DNA of 64,000 nt from Halioglobus sp. (GCA_045110675.1 JBGCGJ010000011.1:54421-118420), one strand, 5' to 3'; counted from the first letter of the stretch, positions 49,893 through 61,484 are shown. Notes: generated by a model not told the origin, from the letters alone. Translations and numbers: made by a program.

Positions 49893-51119
49893 TCAAAGCT
49901 GCAGCAAAATTCTCGCGGGGTCTTCAATTAGATCTTTTACGGCCACCAGGAAACTCACCGCCGATTTGCCATCGACAAGGCGGTGGTCATAGGACAATGC
50001 AAGATACATCATGGGTTGAATAACCACCTGACCATCGACCGCCATCGGGCGATCCTGAATCTTGTGCATGCCAAGAATACCGGTCTGCGGTGGATTCAAA
50101 ATGGGCGTCGAAAGCAAGGAGCCAAATACACCACCATTAGTGAGTGTAAAAGTGCCACCCGTCATATCATCGATGCTTAGCTTGTTGTCCCGTGCACGCA
50201 AACCATAATCCCGGACACTGGCTTCAACATCAGCAAGACTCATAAAATCAGCATCGCGTAAAACCGGAACGACCAATCCTCCAGGAGTAGAAACTGCCAC
50301 GCCAATATCCTGATAGCCGTGATAGACCACGTCACTGCCATCTATCGATGCATTGACTTCAGGAAAACGTTTTAGCGCTTCACAGGCGGCTTTGACGAAG
50401 AACCCCATAAAACCCAAACGGGTGCCGTTATGCGTTTTCTCGAACTGATCTTTATACTTGCTGCGCAACGCCATCACCGGGGCCATATTCACTTCGTTGA
50501 AAGTAGTGAGCATTGCAGTCTGTTGTGTAGCGTCCAGCAGCCGTTGAGCAATCCGCGCGCGCATACGCGTCATCGGCACTCGTTTTTCTATTCGTTCACT
50601 AGAGGGGCCAACAGGAGCAGCAGGTGCGACTGAGTCAACCGAAGAAGGTGTAGCTGTGACTGCAGGTGCTGGCGCATCCTTGAGATGCTTTAGGATATCT
50701 TCTTTGGTAATGCGTCCGTTTTTCCCCGTGCCCGAAATAAGGCTGACGTCCAATTTGTGCTCATCGACCAACTGGCGAGCCGCGGGACCCAGCAATGCAC
50801 TCTGGTCTTCCACGCCTTCGCCATCCGCGCTGGCTACTGCGTCTGGCGCGCTAGCTGCGCTAGTATCCGCTTTTGCCACCGCTCCGGGTTCGAGGGTGGC
50901 GAGAAGCTGTTCGCTAGCAATCACCTCTCCTTCAGCGGCATGAATAGTCGTCAATACACCGTCTTCGGGTGCCAGAACTTCCATAACCACTTTATCGGTC
51001 TCGATCTCCGCAAGTAGTTCATCTCGAGAAACAGACTCGCCTTCTTGTTTGTGCCAGGCTGCAATCTCACCATCGGCAACGGACTCTGGGAAAGAAGGTG
51101 CATTTATTTTAGTAGCCAT
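49893..51119 (-). CDS. sucB: 2-oxoglutarate dehydrogenase E2, dihydrolipoyllysine-residue succinyltransferase
   Basis: Single lipoyl domain ([11 protein letters not shown]), an Ala/Pro linker and the catalytic SYDHRLVDG. Confidence 0.93.
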   Translation of the reverse strand: MATKINAPSFPESVADGEIAAWHKQEGESVSRDELLAEIETDKVVMEVLAPEDGVLTTIHAAEGEVIASEQLLATLEPGAVAKADTSAASAPDAVASADGEGVEDQSALLGPAARQLVDEHKLDVSLISGTGKNGRITKEDILKHLKDAPAPAVTATPSSVDSVAPAAPVGPSSERIEKRVPMTRMRARIAQRLLDATQQTAMLTTFNEVNMAPVMALRSKYKDQFEKTHNGTRLGFMGFFVKAACEALKRFPEVNASIDGSDVVYHGYQDIGVAVSTPGGLVVPVLRDADFMSLADVEASVRDYGLRARDNKLSIDDMTGGTFTLTNGGVFGSLLSTPILNPPQTGILGMHKIQDRPMAVDGQVVIQPMMYLALSYDHRLVDGKSAVSFLVAVKDLIEDPARILLQL

Positions 51120-51163
51120 TTCGTATCCTTTGTGAAACGGTATTTGTCATTATTAGTTTGGAC

Positions 51164-54007
51164 CTAAATCGGCGCCAAAGCTTCGTTTATAAATCTCTCT
51201 TGCTGTTCCAGGTGCAGCGCCATGTAACCGGCCGCAGGTGCTGCCGATGCATCTCGACCTACGTAATGCAGGTAAAGCTCCGGATTGTGTGAATGGATCA
51301 CTCGGCGCATGTGGTGTTGACTCGAATACCAGGCACCCTGATTCATTGGCTCTTCCTGGCACCAGACCACATCTTTAAGATTGGTGTACTGAGCCAATAC
51401 CTCGAGCAACTCCGCTTCGGGAAACGGGTAGAGTTGTTCCAGTCTCAATATTGCAATATCGTCGATTTCCCGCTCCCGGCGCACCGCCCGTAAATCGTAG
51501 TAAACCTTGCCACTGCACAGCACGACTCTGCCGACTTTGGTTTTATCGAAATCATCGGTTTCATCTAGAACGTTGTGGAAATGGCCCTCAGCCAGGTCTT
51601 CGATGCTAGACACTGCTTCTTTATGCCGCAGCAAACTTTTGGGAGACATAACGATCAGAGGCTTACGCAAAGGGCGAATGCCTTGACGACGCAGCATGTG
51701 ATAAACCTGCGCGGGTGTCGTTGGTACGCAGACCTGAACATTGTGCTCTGCGGATAATTGCAGGAATCGCTCCAGTCGAGCGGAAGAATGTTCGGGACCC
51801 TGACCCTCGTAGCCATGAGGAAGCAACATTGTCAGCCCACAGAGCCTCGACCATTTATGTTCGCCGCTGGTGATAAACTGATCGATAACGACTTGCGCAC
51901 CATTGGCAAAATCGCCGAACTGAGCCTCCCAGATCACCATACCCGTTGGGGCTGTTGTCGCGTATCCGTATTCAAATGCGAGCACCGCTTCCTCAGACAG
52001 AAGAGAATCATGGATGGTGAACTTAGCCTGATCTTCACTGATGTGCTGAAGGGGAACGTAAGTCGACTCATCTTTCTGATTATGGAGTACCGCATGGCGA
52101 TGCGAAAACGTTCCGCGACCGATATCCTGGCCGGTGAAACGAATGGGAAATTTGCTTTTCAGTAGCGTTGCATAGGCGAGCGTCTCGGCGAACCCCCAAT
52201 TGACAGGCATAATGCCGGCGGCCATCTTGCGCCGATCCTCAAGTATCTTTCCTACCTGCCTCTGAATCGGAAAACCGTCGGGTGTCAGATTGGTGTCGTG
52301 TGCGAGGGTTTGCAGCTCTTGCAAATCCATGGTGGTGTCGCAGGGCATGTTCCATTCGTGGCCGAGGTAAGGTGTCCAGTCCACGAAAGTTGATTTATTC
52401 GGTTCGGAAACCAAATTGCTGACTAATGGTTCTCCTCGATCCAGTGAATCGCGGTATCGATTAACGAGTACTTGATCCTCTTCTTCGCTGATCACTCCCT
52501 CTGCAATCAAACGCGCGGCATATATATCTCGCGTCGTGGTTTGCGTGCGGATTTTTTGATACATCAAAGGTTGCGTTACCGAGGGTTCATCAGCCTCGTT
52601 GTGACCTCGACGCCGGTAGCAGATTAAATCGATTACAACATCGCGCTGGAACTGGTGGCGGAAATCAACTGCCATCTGCGTAACGAAAAGAACCGCTTCC
52701 GGATCGTCTGCGTTGACGTGAAAAATGGGGGCCTGAACCATTTTAGCGATATCAGTACAGTATTCTGTGGACCGCGCATCTTCTTGAAGACTAGTGGTAA
52801 ACCCCACCTGGTTGTTCAGCACAATATGAACTGTTCCACCGGTTTTATAGGCCCTTGTCTGGGACATCTGGAAGGTTTCCATCACCACGCCCTGACCGGC
52901 AAACGCGGCATCTCCATGGATGACAATGGGAACCACCATAGAGCCTGAGTCGTCGTCGCGACGATCCTGACGAGCGCGAACAGACCCCTCCACCACAGGA
53001 GAAACAATCTCCAAATGCGACGGGTTAAATGCCAGAGCCAGGTGCAACTCACCACCCGGTGTCATAATATTTGACGAGAAACCTTGATGATACTTAACGT
53101 CACCAGAGCTTTCGTGCTCAACTCGCCCTTCAAACTCGTCGAAAAGCTCCGCGGGGTTCTTGCCAAAAATATTAATTAGAACATTCAGTCGACCGCGGTG
53201 AGCCATGCCGATCACGACTTCTTTGGCACCGTAGGAGCCGCAGCGCTGTACCATTTCCGAGAGCATGGGAATCAGGCTCTCCCCGCCTTCAAGTCCAAAT
53301 CGCTTGGTACCGGGGTATTTAGATCCCAGGGATTTTTCCAGGCCCTCGGCTTTTATCAATCGGCGCAAAAGCTGTAATCGTACATCCCTACCGTAGTCGG
53401 GAGCAGATCGCACCGATTCCATACGCTGCATTATCCAATGCCGTTGCTCGGTGTCGACAATGTGCATAAATTCAGCGCCGATGGTGTGGCAATAGGTACG
53501 CTCAAGCGCTTCTACAATCTCACCCAGGGTCGCATCCGCTTTGCCTATATGCATGCTGCCGGTTTGGAAAACGGTTTCGGTGTCTGCGGCTGATAGTTCA
53601 TGGAAGCTCAATTCGAGATCGGATACATGCTCTCGGACTGCCAGCCCCAGCGGATCAAGCTCCGCCTTTTGATGGCCACGTTGCCTATAGGCAGATATCA
53701 GCTGAACAACCTTTACCTGCTTGCGCTCGTACTCGGTGGCCTGAGAATCTTGCTGAACTGTCGCTTCAGTGCGCACCCTCATCTTGCTGATTTGCGCGAA
53801 GCGCTCGCGAATAGTCGAGTGTGGAACATCCTGAATATGAGCGACGGCGGATTCAACCAGCGGCAGCTTGTCGAAGTAGTTACGCCACTGCTCTGGTACG
53901 GCGTTAGGATCAATCATGTAGGATTCGTACAAATCTTCGACATAGCTGGCATTGCCACCGGCAATATGCGAGCTCCTCCAAAGGAGTTCCATTGAGCTAT
54001 CTTGCAT
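51164..54007 (-). CDS. sucA: 2-oxoglutarate dehydrogenase E1 component
   Basis: 947 aa with GNASYVEDLYE, GMAHRGRLNVL and HGDAAFAGQGVV. Confidence 0.95.
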   Translation of the reverse strand: MQDSSMELLWRSSHIAGGNASYVEDLYESYMIDPNAVPEQWRNYFDKLPLVESAVAHIQDVPHSTIRERFAQISKMRVRTEATVQQDSQATEYERKQVKVVQLISAYRQRGHQKAELDPLGLAVREHVSDLELSFHELSAADTETVFQTGSMHIGKADATLGEIVEALERTYCHTIGAEFMHIVDTEQRHWIMQRMESVRSAPDYGRDVRLQLLRRLIKAEGLEKSLGSKYPGTKRFGLEGGESLIPMLSEMVQRCGSYGAKEVVIGMAHRGRLNVLINIFGKNPAELFDEFEGRVEHESSGDVKYHQGFSSNIMTPGGELHLALAFNPSHLEIVSPVVEGSVRARQDRRDDDSGSMVVPIVIHGDAAFAGQGVVMETFQMSQTRAYKTGGTVHIVLNNQVGFTTSLQEDARSTEYCTDIAKMVQAPIFHVNADDPEAVLFVTQMAVDFRHQFQRDVVIDLICYRRRGHNEADEPSVTQPLMYQKIRTQTTTRDIYAARLIAEGVISEEEDQVLVNRYRDSLDRGEPLVSNLVSEPNKSTFVDWTPYLGHEWNMPCDTTMDLQELQTLAHDTNLTPDGFPIQRQVGKILEDRRKMAAGIMPVNWGFAETLAYATLLKSKFPIRFTGQDIGRGTFSHRHAVLHNQKDESTYVPLQHISEDQAKFTIHDSLLSEEAVLAFEYGYATTAPTGMVIWEAQFGDFANGAQVVIDQFITSGEHKWSRLCGLTMLLPHGYEGQGPEHSSARLERFLQLSAEHNVQVCVPTTPAQVYHMLRRQGIRPLRKPLIVMSPKSLLRHKEAVSSIEDLAEGHFHNVLDETDDFDKTKVGRVVLCSGKVYYDLRAVRREREIDDIAILRLEQLYPFPEAELLEVLAQYTNLKDVVWCQEEPMNQGAWYSSQHHMRRVIHSHNPELYLHYVGRDASAAPAAGYMALHLEQQERFINEALAPI

Positions 54008-54192
54008 CGTTTCCCTTCTCGGGTTTGAGTAGCCGAAAATACGGCGAATTAATCCTGAGTCTAGCAGCGCTTAGGTAGCTGCGCTCATCACCGCTCCAAA
54101 GAACACTGTTATTCTATAAGCGAAGCGCCATTGCACAAAGCATACTAACACTTACCTCTTTAAATACAAATACTTAGCGAACCTACCTAATG

Positions 54193-54897
54193 TTAAGTCG
54201 CGCGTGTCAACAGCATATTTCGAATGTGGCCGATTGCTTTCGTCGGATTTAGACCCTTAGGACAAACGTTGACACAATTTTGAATGCCATGACAGCGAAA
54301 AACACTAAAAGGATCATCGAGATTGGCTAGTCGCTCATCGGTGGCTGTGTCTCGGGTGTCAGCGAGGAAACGGTAGGATTGCAGCAGTCCGGCAGGACCG
54401 ATAAAGCGATCGGGATTCCACCAGAAAGACGGGCAGCTCGTTGAACAGCAAGCACACAAAATACACTCGTATAAGCCGTCGAGCTTCTCACGATCTTCGG
54501 GAGATTGGAGACGTTCAATGGCCGGGGCCGGCGTATCGTTTTGCAGATAAGGCTGCACTTTTTCGTATTGTGCATAAAACATGCTCATATCGATCACAAG
54601 ATCGCGCACTACGGGCAGTCCAGGAAGTGGTCGAACAACCAGTTTATTGTTTTTAACGGTCTCTGAAAGAGCAGTGATGCAGGCGAGCCCATTTTTACCG
54701 TTCATGTTCAGTCCATCGGAACCGCAAACACCCTCACGACAGGAACGACGAAAGGCGATAGTTGGGTCGCTGGCTTTGATAAGCTCAAGTACATCCAACA
54801 CCATTAGATCCTTACCGCCTGTGTCAACCTCGACATCTTGCATCCAGGGTTCTTGATCGGTTTCAGGGTTGTATCGATATAGACTCACTTGCAACAT
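54193..54897 (-). CDS. sdhB: succinate dehydrogenase iron-sulfur subunit
   Basis: CREGVCGSDG, CILCACCSTSCP and CHGIQNCVNVCP. Confidence 0.95.
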   Translation of the reverse strand: MLQVSLYRYNPETDQEPWMQDVEVDTGGKDLMVLDVLELIKASDPTIAFRRSCREGVCGSDGLNMNGKNGLACITALSETVKNNKLVVRPLPGLPVVRDLVIDMSMFYAQYEKVQPYLQNDTPAPAIERLQSPEDREKLDGLYECILCACCSTSCPSFWWNPDRFIGPAGLLQSYRFLADTRDTATDERLANLDDPFSVFRCHGIQNCVNVCPKGLNPTKAIGHIRNMLLTRAT

Positions 54898-54911
54898 GTA
54901 ATGTAAACCCC

Positions 54912-56684
54912 TTAGTAAACGCGTGTTTTAGGCTGAAAAGTATCGACAGTTTTGGGCTCGAAATTAACAGCTCTTTTACCAACTCTTTTATCGGCCGGAT
55001 AGTACATTGAGTGACACAACCAGTTTTCGTCGTCGCGATCCTGGTAGTCGTCCCGGGCGTGTGCGCCTCTACTTTCTTTTCGCTCTTCGGCTGTTATAGC
55101 GGTCGCCTCGGCAACCTCGAATAGATTCTGTAACTCTAAAGCTTCGATTCGCGCCGTGTTATAAGCCAGACTCTTGTCGGGAAGCGCTACGTTTTCAATT
55201 CGCCCGCGTAAATCATCTAGCTGCTCGACGCCTTTTTGCATGTATTCTTCATTGCGAAACACGCCGAAGCTATTTTGCATGGTGCTCTGTAATTCTTTGC
55301 GAAGATCCGCAACGCTTTCACCACCGGAAGAATTATTGAGCTTGTCCATTCTGGCAGCAGCTTGCTCCAAATCACTTTCACTGGCATCGCGAGCTTCAAT
55401 GCCGCCGCGTAGCGCATTCTCAATAAAAATACCCGAAGCGCGACCGAAAACCACCAAGTCGAGCAAAGAGTTACCGCCCAATCTATTTGCACCGTGCACT
55501 GAAACGCAGGCTACCTCTCCACAGGCGAATAAGCCGGGGATAATTTGATCATTACCTTCGGCGTCTACCAGTAGCGCCTGACCGTTAACATTGGTGGGAA
55601 TACCACCCATCATGTAATGACAGGTAGGGACTACAGGAATGGGCTCTTTCGCCGGATCTGCGTGAGCAAAGGTTTTCGACAGTTCCATAACCCCGGGCAA
55701 TCGCGACTCAAGTACTTCTTCACCCAAGTGGTCCAGCTTAAGGAACACATGATCTCCCTCAGGACCGCAGCCACGACCTTCAAGAATCTCCTTGACCATG
55801 GATCGTGCAACAACATCTCGCCCGGCAAGATCCTTCGCATTGGGAGCATAACGCTCCATAAATCGCTCGCCATCTTTATTGATTAGATAGCCGCCTTCCC
55901 CTCTGCAACCTTCAGTTACCAGAGTGCCCGCGCCATGGATTCCGGTCGGGTGGAATTGCCACATTTCAATATCTTGTACAGGAAAGCCTGCCCGAAGCGC
56001 CATACCGATACCGTCTCCAGTATTAATATGCGCATTGGTGGTCGACGCATAGATACGCCCCGCTCCACCAGTGGCGAATACCGTGGCTTTCGATTTCACA
56101 TAGACCGTCTCACCCGTTTCTATGCAAATCGCGATAACACCGACTACGACGCCATCCTGGTTTTTCACCAGATCAGTCGCGAACCATTCGTTAAAAAAGA
56201 CCGTATTGGCCTTCATATTGCCCTGGTAAAGGGTATGCAATAGGGCGTGACCTGTTCGGTCCGCAGCAGCGCAAGTTCTCGCGGCTTGACCGCCTTCGCC
56301 GTAGTTTTTGGACTGACCGCCAAAGGGACGTTGATAAATACGACCTTCCTCGGTACGAGAGAACGGCAAGCCCATGTGCTCGAGTTCGTATATCGCTTCG
56401 GGACCTACACTACACATGTATTCAATGGCGTCCTGATCGCCGATGTAATCCGACCCTTTGACGGTGTCATACATGTGCCAACGCCAATCGTCGTTCGGAT
56501 CATCGCTGGCTATTGCACAAGTGATTCCACCCTGGGCCGAAACCGTATGAGATCGCGTCGGGAAAACTTTGCTGATAACAGCAGTTTTGTAACCAGACTG
56601 TGCCAACTGCAAGGCCGCACGCATTCCGGCCCCGCCACCGCCAACTATGACGCCATCAAATGAAATTGTACGCATTGCCGCCAT
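54912..56684 (-). CDS. sdhA: succinate dehydrogenase flavoprotein subunit
   Basis: [26 protein letters not shown] (FAD His) and HGANRLG. Confidence 0.95.
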   Translation of the reverse strand: MAAMRTISFDGVIVGGGGAGMRAALQLAQSGYKTAVISKVFPTRSHTVSAQGGITCAIASDDPNDDWRWHMYDTVKGSDYIGDQDAIEYMCSVGPEAIYELEHMGLPFSRTEEGRIYQRPFGGQSKNYGEGGQAARTCAAADRTGHALLHTLYQGNMKANTVFFNEWFATDLVKNQDGVVVGVIAICIETGETVYVKSKATVFATGGAGRIYASTTNAHINTGDGIGMALRAGFPVQDIEMWQFHPTGIHGAGTLVTEGCRGEGGYLINKDGERFMERYAPNAKDLAGRDVVARSMVKEILEGRGCGPEGDHVFLKLDHLGEEVLESRLPGVMELSKTFAHADPAKEPIPVVPTCHYMMGGIPTNVNGQALLVDAEGNDQIIPGLFACGEVACVSVHGANRLGGNSLLDLVVFGRASGIFIENALRGGIEARDASESDLEQAAARMDKLNNSSGGESVADLRKELQSTMQNSFGVFRNEEYMQKGVEQLDDLRGRIENVALPDKSLAYNTARIEALELQNLFEVAEATAITAEERKESRGAHARDDYQDRDDENWLCHSMYYPADKRVGKRAVNFEPKTVDTFQPKTRVY

Positions 56685-56687
56685 ATC

Positions 56688-57056
56688 CTAATAACCCCAA
56701 AGAATCTGGGTGCCCCAGATTACATAGATAAATATTGTCAGTCCGCAAGCCACTTGCAGTACCAGGCGCAGAATGTTCCCCGCCTGTCCCATCATTCGCT
56801 CGGTGAAATAATCCGTGATCACCGACCACAAACCGACCCAAGCGTGGGCGCCCAGGGAAAGTAACGCGATCAAACTAAAAATTTTGACCCAGGTCTGAGA
56901 AAAAAGCGCTTTCCAGGAAACGTAATCAACGCCACCGAGTATTACGACGCCCAAAAAAACAAAATACGCGAGCAAGATAACAGCGGTGATTCTCTGCATC
57001 AGCCAATCGTAGAGGCCAGAACGCCCCAAACTCGTTACCGCCGTTACCATATCCAT
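56688..57056 (-). CDS. sdhD: succinate dehydrogenase membrane anchor subunit
   Basis: About 120 aa with 3 TM helices, positioned between sdhC and sdhA. The start may be the ATG at 57050. Confidence 0.85.
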   Translation of the reverse strand: MDMVTAVTSLGRSGLYDWLMQRITAVILLAYFVFLGVVILGGVDYVSWKALFSQTWVKIFSLIALLSLGAHAWVGLWSVITDYFTERMMGQAGNILRLVLQVACGLTIFIYVIWGTQILWGY

Positions 57057-57418
57057 GCTCCCGCTAAAATGATCAGCACCGCTGAAGTGAAGACGACTAA
57101 GCGAGCACCTAAAGTACCGCCTTCGAAGGTCTCGCCAATTCCCATGTCCATCACAAGGTGCTTAATCCCCGCGACCGTGTGATAGATAAGACCCGCGAGG
57201 ATAGCCCAAATGACAAATTTGCTCAGCGGACTAGACAGGACTTCCTGCAGCTGCGCAAAACTTTCAGGGCTCTTCAAGCTGGCGTCGAGTGCCCAGAGTA
57301 GGATGGCCATGCCGACAAAAATGAATACGCCAGAGGCGCGGTGGGTAATGGAAGCCCAAGCGGTCAAGGGAAGCCGCATAGAGCCTATGTCCAGGTTTAC
57401 GGGACGTTTATCTTTCAC
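57044..57418 (-). CDS. sdhC: succinate dehydrogenase cytochrome b556 subunit
   Basis: 124 aa with RPVNLD and ITHRASG. It is the first gene of the sdh block. Confidence 0.85.
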   Translation of the reverse strand: MKDKRPVNLDIGSMRLPLTAWASITHRASGVFIFVGMAILLWALDASLKSPESFAQLQEVLSSPLSKFVIWAILAGLIYHTVAGIKHLVMDMGIGETFEGGTLGARLVVFTSAVLIILAGAWIW

Positions 57419-57774
57419 AGTTTAGGTACCGCCGTATTCGCCTAAAGGCTGTTAATCGGGTTGGCCGAAGCCCGGGAAGTTCGAATCTCGCCGGTACGGC
57501 GACAATCGATACAAAACGCGCGAAATTATAAGGACTTACCCAGGTAAATACAAATGACTTCCGTGTTTGTGCTGTCGGTGTTGCATCGAGCGCAGCTCGG
57601 GCTAGAGTTGGCTAAAGGCGAGTTCAGTTAGTTGCTCACAGCTAGCTTCGCGCCTGCCGAAGTTTCGACTAGCTAGAGGCGCTGATGTCGCGAAATTCCG
57701 CGATCTCCCGCAATCAGGTTCGACGCATTTAGCGACATAGCTGCTGTGATTGGCTCCAAATCGGCCCAGATCAA

Positions 57775-57802
57775 TTGACAAAACCTCACGACACTTTATA
57801 GT
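57775..57802 (+). promoter_or_regulatory. candidate sigma-70 promoter for gltA
   Basis: TTGACA (57775-57780), a 16-nt spacer, then TATAGT (57797-57802), about 35 nt upstream of ATG 57837. Confidence 0.5.
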
Positions 57803-57836
57803 TGTTGGCCCACGGATATACAGCGCAGAACACTCT

Positions 57837-59126
57837 ATGAGCAACAAGAATGCAACCCTAAAAATAGATGGCATCGAAGAAGCCATTGAGCTGCCAATTT
57901 ACTCGGGCGCGATCGGCCCCGATGTGGTCGACGTAGGCGGTCTCACCAGCAAAGGCATGTTTACTTACGACCCGGGGTTTGTGTCCACAGCAGCCTGTGA
58001 GTCACAAATTACCTATATAGATGGTGGCAAAGGGATATTGTTGCATCGAGGATATCCGATTGACCAATTGGCAGATCATTCCGACTATCTGGAAACTTGC
58101 TTCTTGCTGCTCTACGGGGAATTACCTAGCGCTGAAGAAAAAGAAAAATTTGTTCGCACCGTTAAGAGCCACACCATGGTTAACGAACAGCTGCGAATTT
58201 TCTACAACGGATTTCGTCGCGACGCGCACCCCATGGCCATTATGTGCGGCGTTGTTGGTGCCCTCTCGGCTTTTTATCACGACTCGCTGGATATCAGCGA
58301 CGAACACCATCGACAAGTCGCCGCTTTCCGGCTGATAGCCAAGATGCCAACCCTGGCAGCCATGAGTTACAAGTTCTCAATCGGTCAGCCGTTTATGTAT
58401 CCCGACAACACAATGGGATATGCCGAAAACTTTCTCCACATGATGTTTGGCAACCCCTGTGAGCCAAGTAATGTAAGCCCAGTACTGGCCAAGGCGATGG
58501 ACCGAATCTTCTTGCTGCATGCAGATCATGAACAGAACGCGTCAACCTCGACTGTAAGATTGGCGGGGTCCTCGGGCGCCAATCCATTTGCCTGCATTGC
58601 GGCCGGCATCGCAGCGTTGTGGGGTCCCTCTCATGGGGGCGCTAACGAAGCCGTGCTCGAGATGCTAGAAGAAATTGGCGATGTTTCTAGCATTGACGAA
58701 TTTGTCGAAAAAGCAAAGGACAAAAACGACCCCTTCCGCCTCATGGGTTTTGGTCACCGGGTATACAAAAACTTCGACCCCAGAGCCAAGGTAATGAAGG
58801 AGGCGGCAGACGATGTCCTGGCAGAACTGGGAATCGAAAATGACCCTCTCCTGGCCATCGCCAAACGCCTCGAGCAAATCGCCCTGGAAGACCCCTACTT
58901 TATCGAACGCAAGCTCTACCCAAACGTTGATTTCTACTCGGGCATTATTTTAAAGGCGATTGGTATTCCAACCAGTATGTTCACCGTTATTTTTGCCGTT
59001 GGCAGAACCGTTGGCTGGATTGCACACTGGCACGAAATGATCAGCGGCAGTTATCGAATTGGCCGGCCACGTCAGCTCTACACGGGCCATGAGCAACGCG
59101 ATTATCTACCGATGGACAAGCGCTAG
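57837..59126 (+). CDS. gltA: citrate synthase (type II)
   Basis: [24 protein letters not shown] and GFGHRVYK. The ORF-track start at 57750 lies upstream of the predicted promoter. Confidence 0.95.
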   Translation: MSNKNATLKIDGIEEAIELPIYSGAIGPDVVDVGGLTSKGMFTYDPGFVSTAACESQITYIDGGKGILLHRGYPIDQLADHSDYLETCFLLLYGELPSAEEKEKFVRTVKSHTMVNEQLRIFYNGFRRDAHPMAIMCGVVGALSAFYHDSLDISDEHHRQVAAFRLIAKMPTLAAMSYKFSIGQPFMYPDNTMGYAENFLHMMFGNPCEPSNVSPVLAKAMDRIFLLHADHEQNASTSTVRLAGSSGANPFACIAAGIAALWGPSHGGANEAVLEMLEEIGDVSSIDEFVEKAKDKNDPFRLMGFGHRVYKNFDPRAKVMKEAADDVLAELGIENDPLLAIAKRLEQIALEDPYFIERKLYPNVDFYSGIILKAIGIPTSMFTVIFAVGRTVGWIAHWHEMISGSYRIGRPRQLYTGHEQRDYLPMDKR

Positions 59127-59148
59127 CCCGGCTAGCGGAATACCAAAG

Positions 59149-59169
59149 GGCCGCATTGCGGCCTTTTTT
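59149..59169 (+). terminator. rho-independent terminator after gltA
   Basis: GGCCGC-att-GCGGCC followed by TTTTTT. Confidence 0.8.
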
Positions 59170-59217
59170 ACGATTAAAATCCGCAACCACCATTCACAGG
59201 AACAACAGAGACCGACA

Positions 59218-60339
59218 ATGACAGATATCGTAATCAGCGGCACGGGGTTGTACACGCCAAAGGAATCGATCAGCAACGCTGAGTTGGTTACCGCCTTTAA
59301 TACCTACGTCGACAACTTCAATAGCGAAAACGCGGACGCGATAGAAGCTGGTGCAATAAGCCCGTTGAATCATTCTTCAGAGGAATTTATTGAAAAAGCC
59401 TCCGGTATAAAGGCGCGCTACGTGATGAACAAGGAGGGTATTCTCGACCCCAAGCGCATGGCGCCGATTTTGGCAGACAGACCAAATGAGGAAAATTCCA
59501 TTCAATGTGAGATGGCCATTGTTGCCGCAAAGGAAGCCATGGCCCAAGCTGGAAAATCTTCCTCAGATATAGATGCCGTGATAGTCGCGTGCTCAAACCT
59601 GCAGCGCGCCTATCCCGCAATAGCGGTTGAAATTCAGGCGGCTCTAGGCATCACAGGCTTTGGCTATGACATGAATGTCGCCTGCTCATCGGCAACCTTC
59701 GGTATTCAACAAGCACGAGACAGCATTGCCAATGGCAGTGCTGATTGCGTTCTGGTCCTCAACCCGGAAATTTGCACAGGGCATCTGAACTTCCGCGATC
59801 GCGATGCACACTTTATTTTTGGTGACGTATGTACGGCTATTATTCTCGAACGTGCTGACACCGCGACTTCCGATGATCAGTATCTAATTGCAGATAGCCA
59901 GCTCCAGACGATTTACTCCAATAACATTCGCAATAACTTCGGCTTTCTCAATCGCGGCGATGAAGCCGGAGTCGGCAAGCCCGATAAATTGTTTGTGCAG
60001 GAAGGTCGCAAGGTATTCAAAGAAGTCTGCCCCGCAGTGGCCAGCCAAATCTCAACACAATTGCAGAAGTTGGCCATACCCGCTACAGATCTAAAACGGC
60101 TGTGGCTGCACCAGGCCAATCTGAGCATGAATAACTTGATCGCCAAGCGAGTACTGGGGCGTGAAGCAAATTCGATGGAAGCCCCGACAATATTGGACGA
60201 ATACGCCAACACCAGTTCTGCCGGTTCGATCATCGCCTTTCACAAACACCGAGACGACTTTAGCAGTGGTGATCAGGGCGTACTGTGCTCTTTCGGCGCG
60301 GGCTACAGCATAGGCAGTGTGGTGCTAAGAAAGATCTAA
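59218..60339 (+). CDS. beta-ketoacyl-ACP synthase III-like condensing enzyme (long FabH paralogue)
   Basis: 373 aa from ATG 59218 (MTDIVISGTGLYTP). Cys-His-Asn triad contexts are NVACSSATFG, WLHQANLSMN and ANTSSAGSI. Confidence 0.85.
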   Translation: MTDIVISGTGLYTPKESISNAELVTAFNTYVDNFNSENADAIEAGAISPLNHSSEEFIEKASGIKARYVMNKEGILDPKRMAPILADRPNEENSIQCEMAIVAAKEAMAQAGKSSSDIDAVIVACSNLQRAYPAIAVEIQAALGITGFGYDMNVACSSATFGIQQARDSIANGSADCVLVLNPEICTGHLNFRDRDAHFIFGDVCTAIILERADTATSDDQYLIADSQLQTIYSNNIRNNFGFLNRGDEAGVGKPDKLFVQEGRKVFKEVCPAVASQISTQLQKLAIPATDLKRLWLHQANLSMNNLIAKRVLGREANSMEAPTILDEYANTSSAGSIIAFHKHRDDFSSGDQGVLCSFGAGYSIGSVVLRKI

Positions 60340-61394
60340 GCAAGGATTTCTTTCAGCGCCAGCATCAGGGCGTCGCAGTCATCAGTGGTGCCAATACTAA
60401 TTCTTAAAAACTGATCGATCCGTGGTGCGTTGAAGTAGCGAACCACGATACCTCGGTGCCTCAAGGCCTGAAAAAGTTCACCGGCATCCTGATCGGGGTA
60501 TCGACAGAACAAAAAGTTGGCACTTGAAGGCAATACCTCAAAACCCAGATCGCTCATGCTCGCTGATAGGCGATCTCGATTGGCAATGACTTTGTCGCAG
60601 GACTCCTTGAAATACTCAACATCTTCCAGTGAAGCCAGGGCCGCAGCCTGGGCGACAACGTCCATTGGATAAGAATTGAAAGAGTTTTTGACCCTCTCCA
60701 GCCCTTCAATTAGCCCCGAATTGCCCATCGCGACGCCGACACGTAATCCTGCAAGAGCACGGGATTTCGACAGGGTCTGCACGACCAACAAGTTGTCAAA
60801 CTCATCGATGAGCTCCACCGCGGATTGACCACCAAAATCGATATAGGCTTCATCAATCACCACGACAGATGATCGGTGTAAGCTCAGCAATTCCCTAATA
60901 CTCTCCAAGCTCAGTAGAATACCGGTCGGAGCATTGGGGTTGGGAATAATGATGCCACCGTTGTTAACAGGAAAGGCGTTTACGTCTACAGAAAAGTCTG
61001 AAGCCAGAGGCACAGTGTTGAATTCGCACTGGTACAAATTACACCACACAGGATAAAAGCTGTAGCTGATGTCGGGAAAACACACCGGTAGGTCCTGCCT
61101 GAGCAAGGCGTGAAAAATGTGGGCAAGCACTTCATCAGAGCCATTGCCCAAAAATACTTGCTCGGAACCCAAACCGTTTAAGTCTGCGAAGGCCTTTTTC
61201 AGCTTATGGGATTCCGGGTCAGGATAGCGACGTAGATCATTCCCCGAGACTTCCGCAATCGCAGCCATCACACCGGGCGCAGGGTCAAAAGGAATCTCAT
61301 TGGTATTGAGTTTAATCAGATTATCAAGCTGAGGCTGCTCTCCCGGAACATAGGGGGTTAGCTCATTGACCAGTCTGCTCCAGTAACGGCTCAT
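60336..61394 (-). CDS. hisC: histidinol-phosphate aminotransferase-like class II aminotransferase
   Basis: 352 aa with YPDP, NPNAPTG and PLP lysine context TLSKSRALAGLRVG. It stands alone, not in a his operon. Confidence 0.75.
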   Translation of the reverse strand: MSRYWSRLVNELTPYVPGEQPQLDNLIKLNTNEIPFDPAPGVMAAIAEVSGNDLRRYPDPESHKLKKAFADLNGLGSEQVFLGNGSDEVLAHIFHALLRQDLPVCFPDISYSFYPVWCNLYQCEFNTVPLASDFSVDVNAFPVNNGGIIIPNPNAPTGILLSLESIRELLSLHRSSVVVIDEAYIDFGGQSAVELIDEFDNLLVVQTLSKSRALAGLRVGVAMGNSGLIEGLERVKNSFNSYPMDVVAQAAALASLEDVEYFKESCDKVIANRDRLSASMSDLGFEVLPSSANFLFCRYPDQDAGELFQALRHRGIVVRYFNAPRIDQFLRISIGTTDDCDALMLALKEILA

Positions 61395-61456
61395 GCCAAA
61401 CTCCGTAATCGTTATTCAATGCCCTGAAACCCAAAACGTTGTGGGCCATTCTGGCA

Positions 61457-61484
61457 TAAAAAAAGCCCGGTAAGATACCGGGCT
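61457..61484 (-). terminator. rho-independent terminator after tRNA-Glu
   Basis: Minus strand: AGCCCGG-tatctta-CCGGGCT followed by T6-7. Confidence 0.8.

Noticed and set aside
57460-57510. tRNA-like T-loop motif (GTTCGAATC) in the sdhC-gltA intergenic region, possibly a tRNA remnant
   Set aside because: The flanking bases do not form a T-stem (only 3 of 5 pairs). No acceptor, D or anticodon arms can be drawn.
57750-57836. 5' extensions of ORF-track models (gltA here; also htpG 46079-46150, prmB 40491-40601, folE 40539-40628, KAS III 59059-59217, CYP153 15209-15280, ferredoxin 15564-15626, epmC 36940-37053, xni 36338-36397, pdxB 35436-35465, deoC 6967-7014, nupC 11003-11041)
   Set aside because: The extensions overlap upstream genes or predicted promoters and add non-homologous residues ahead of conserved N-termini. 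Internal ATG or GTG codons with better RBS placement or stop-start coupling are available.
57602-57886. 94-aa minus-strand ORF in the sdhC/gltA divergent region
   Set aside because: It spans the predicted gltA promoter and the gltA start. It has no RBS and no motif, and this region is a classical non-coding control region.
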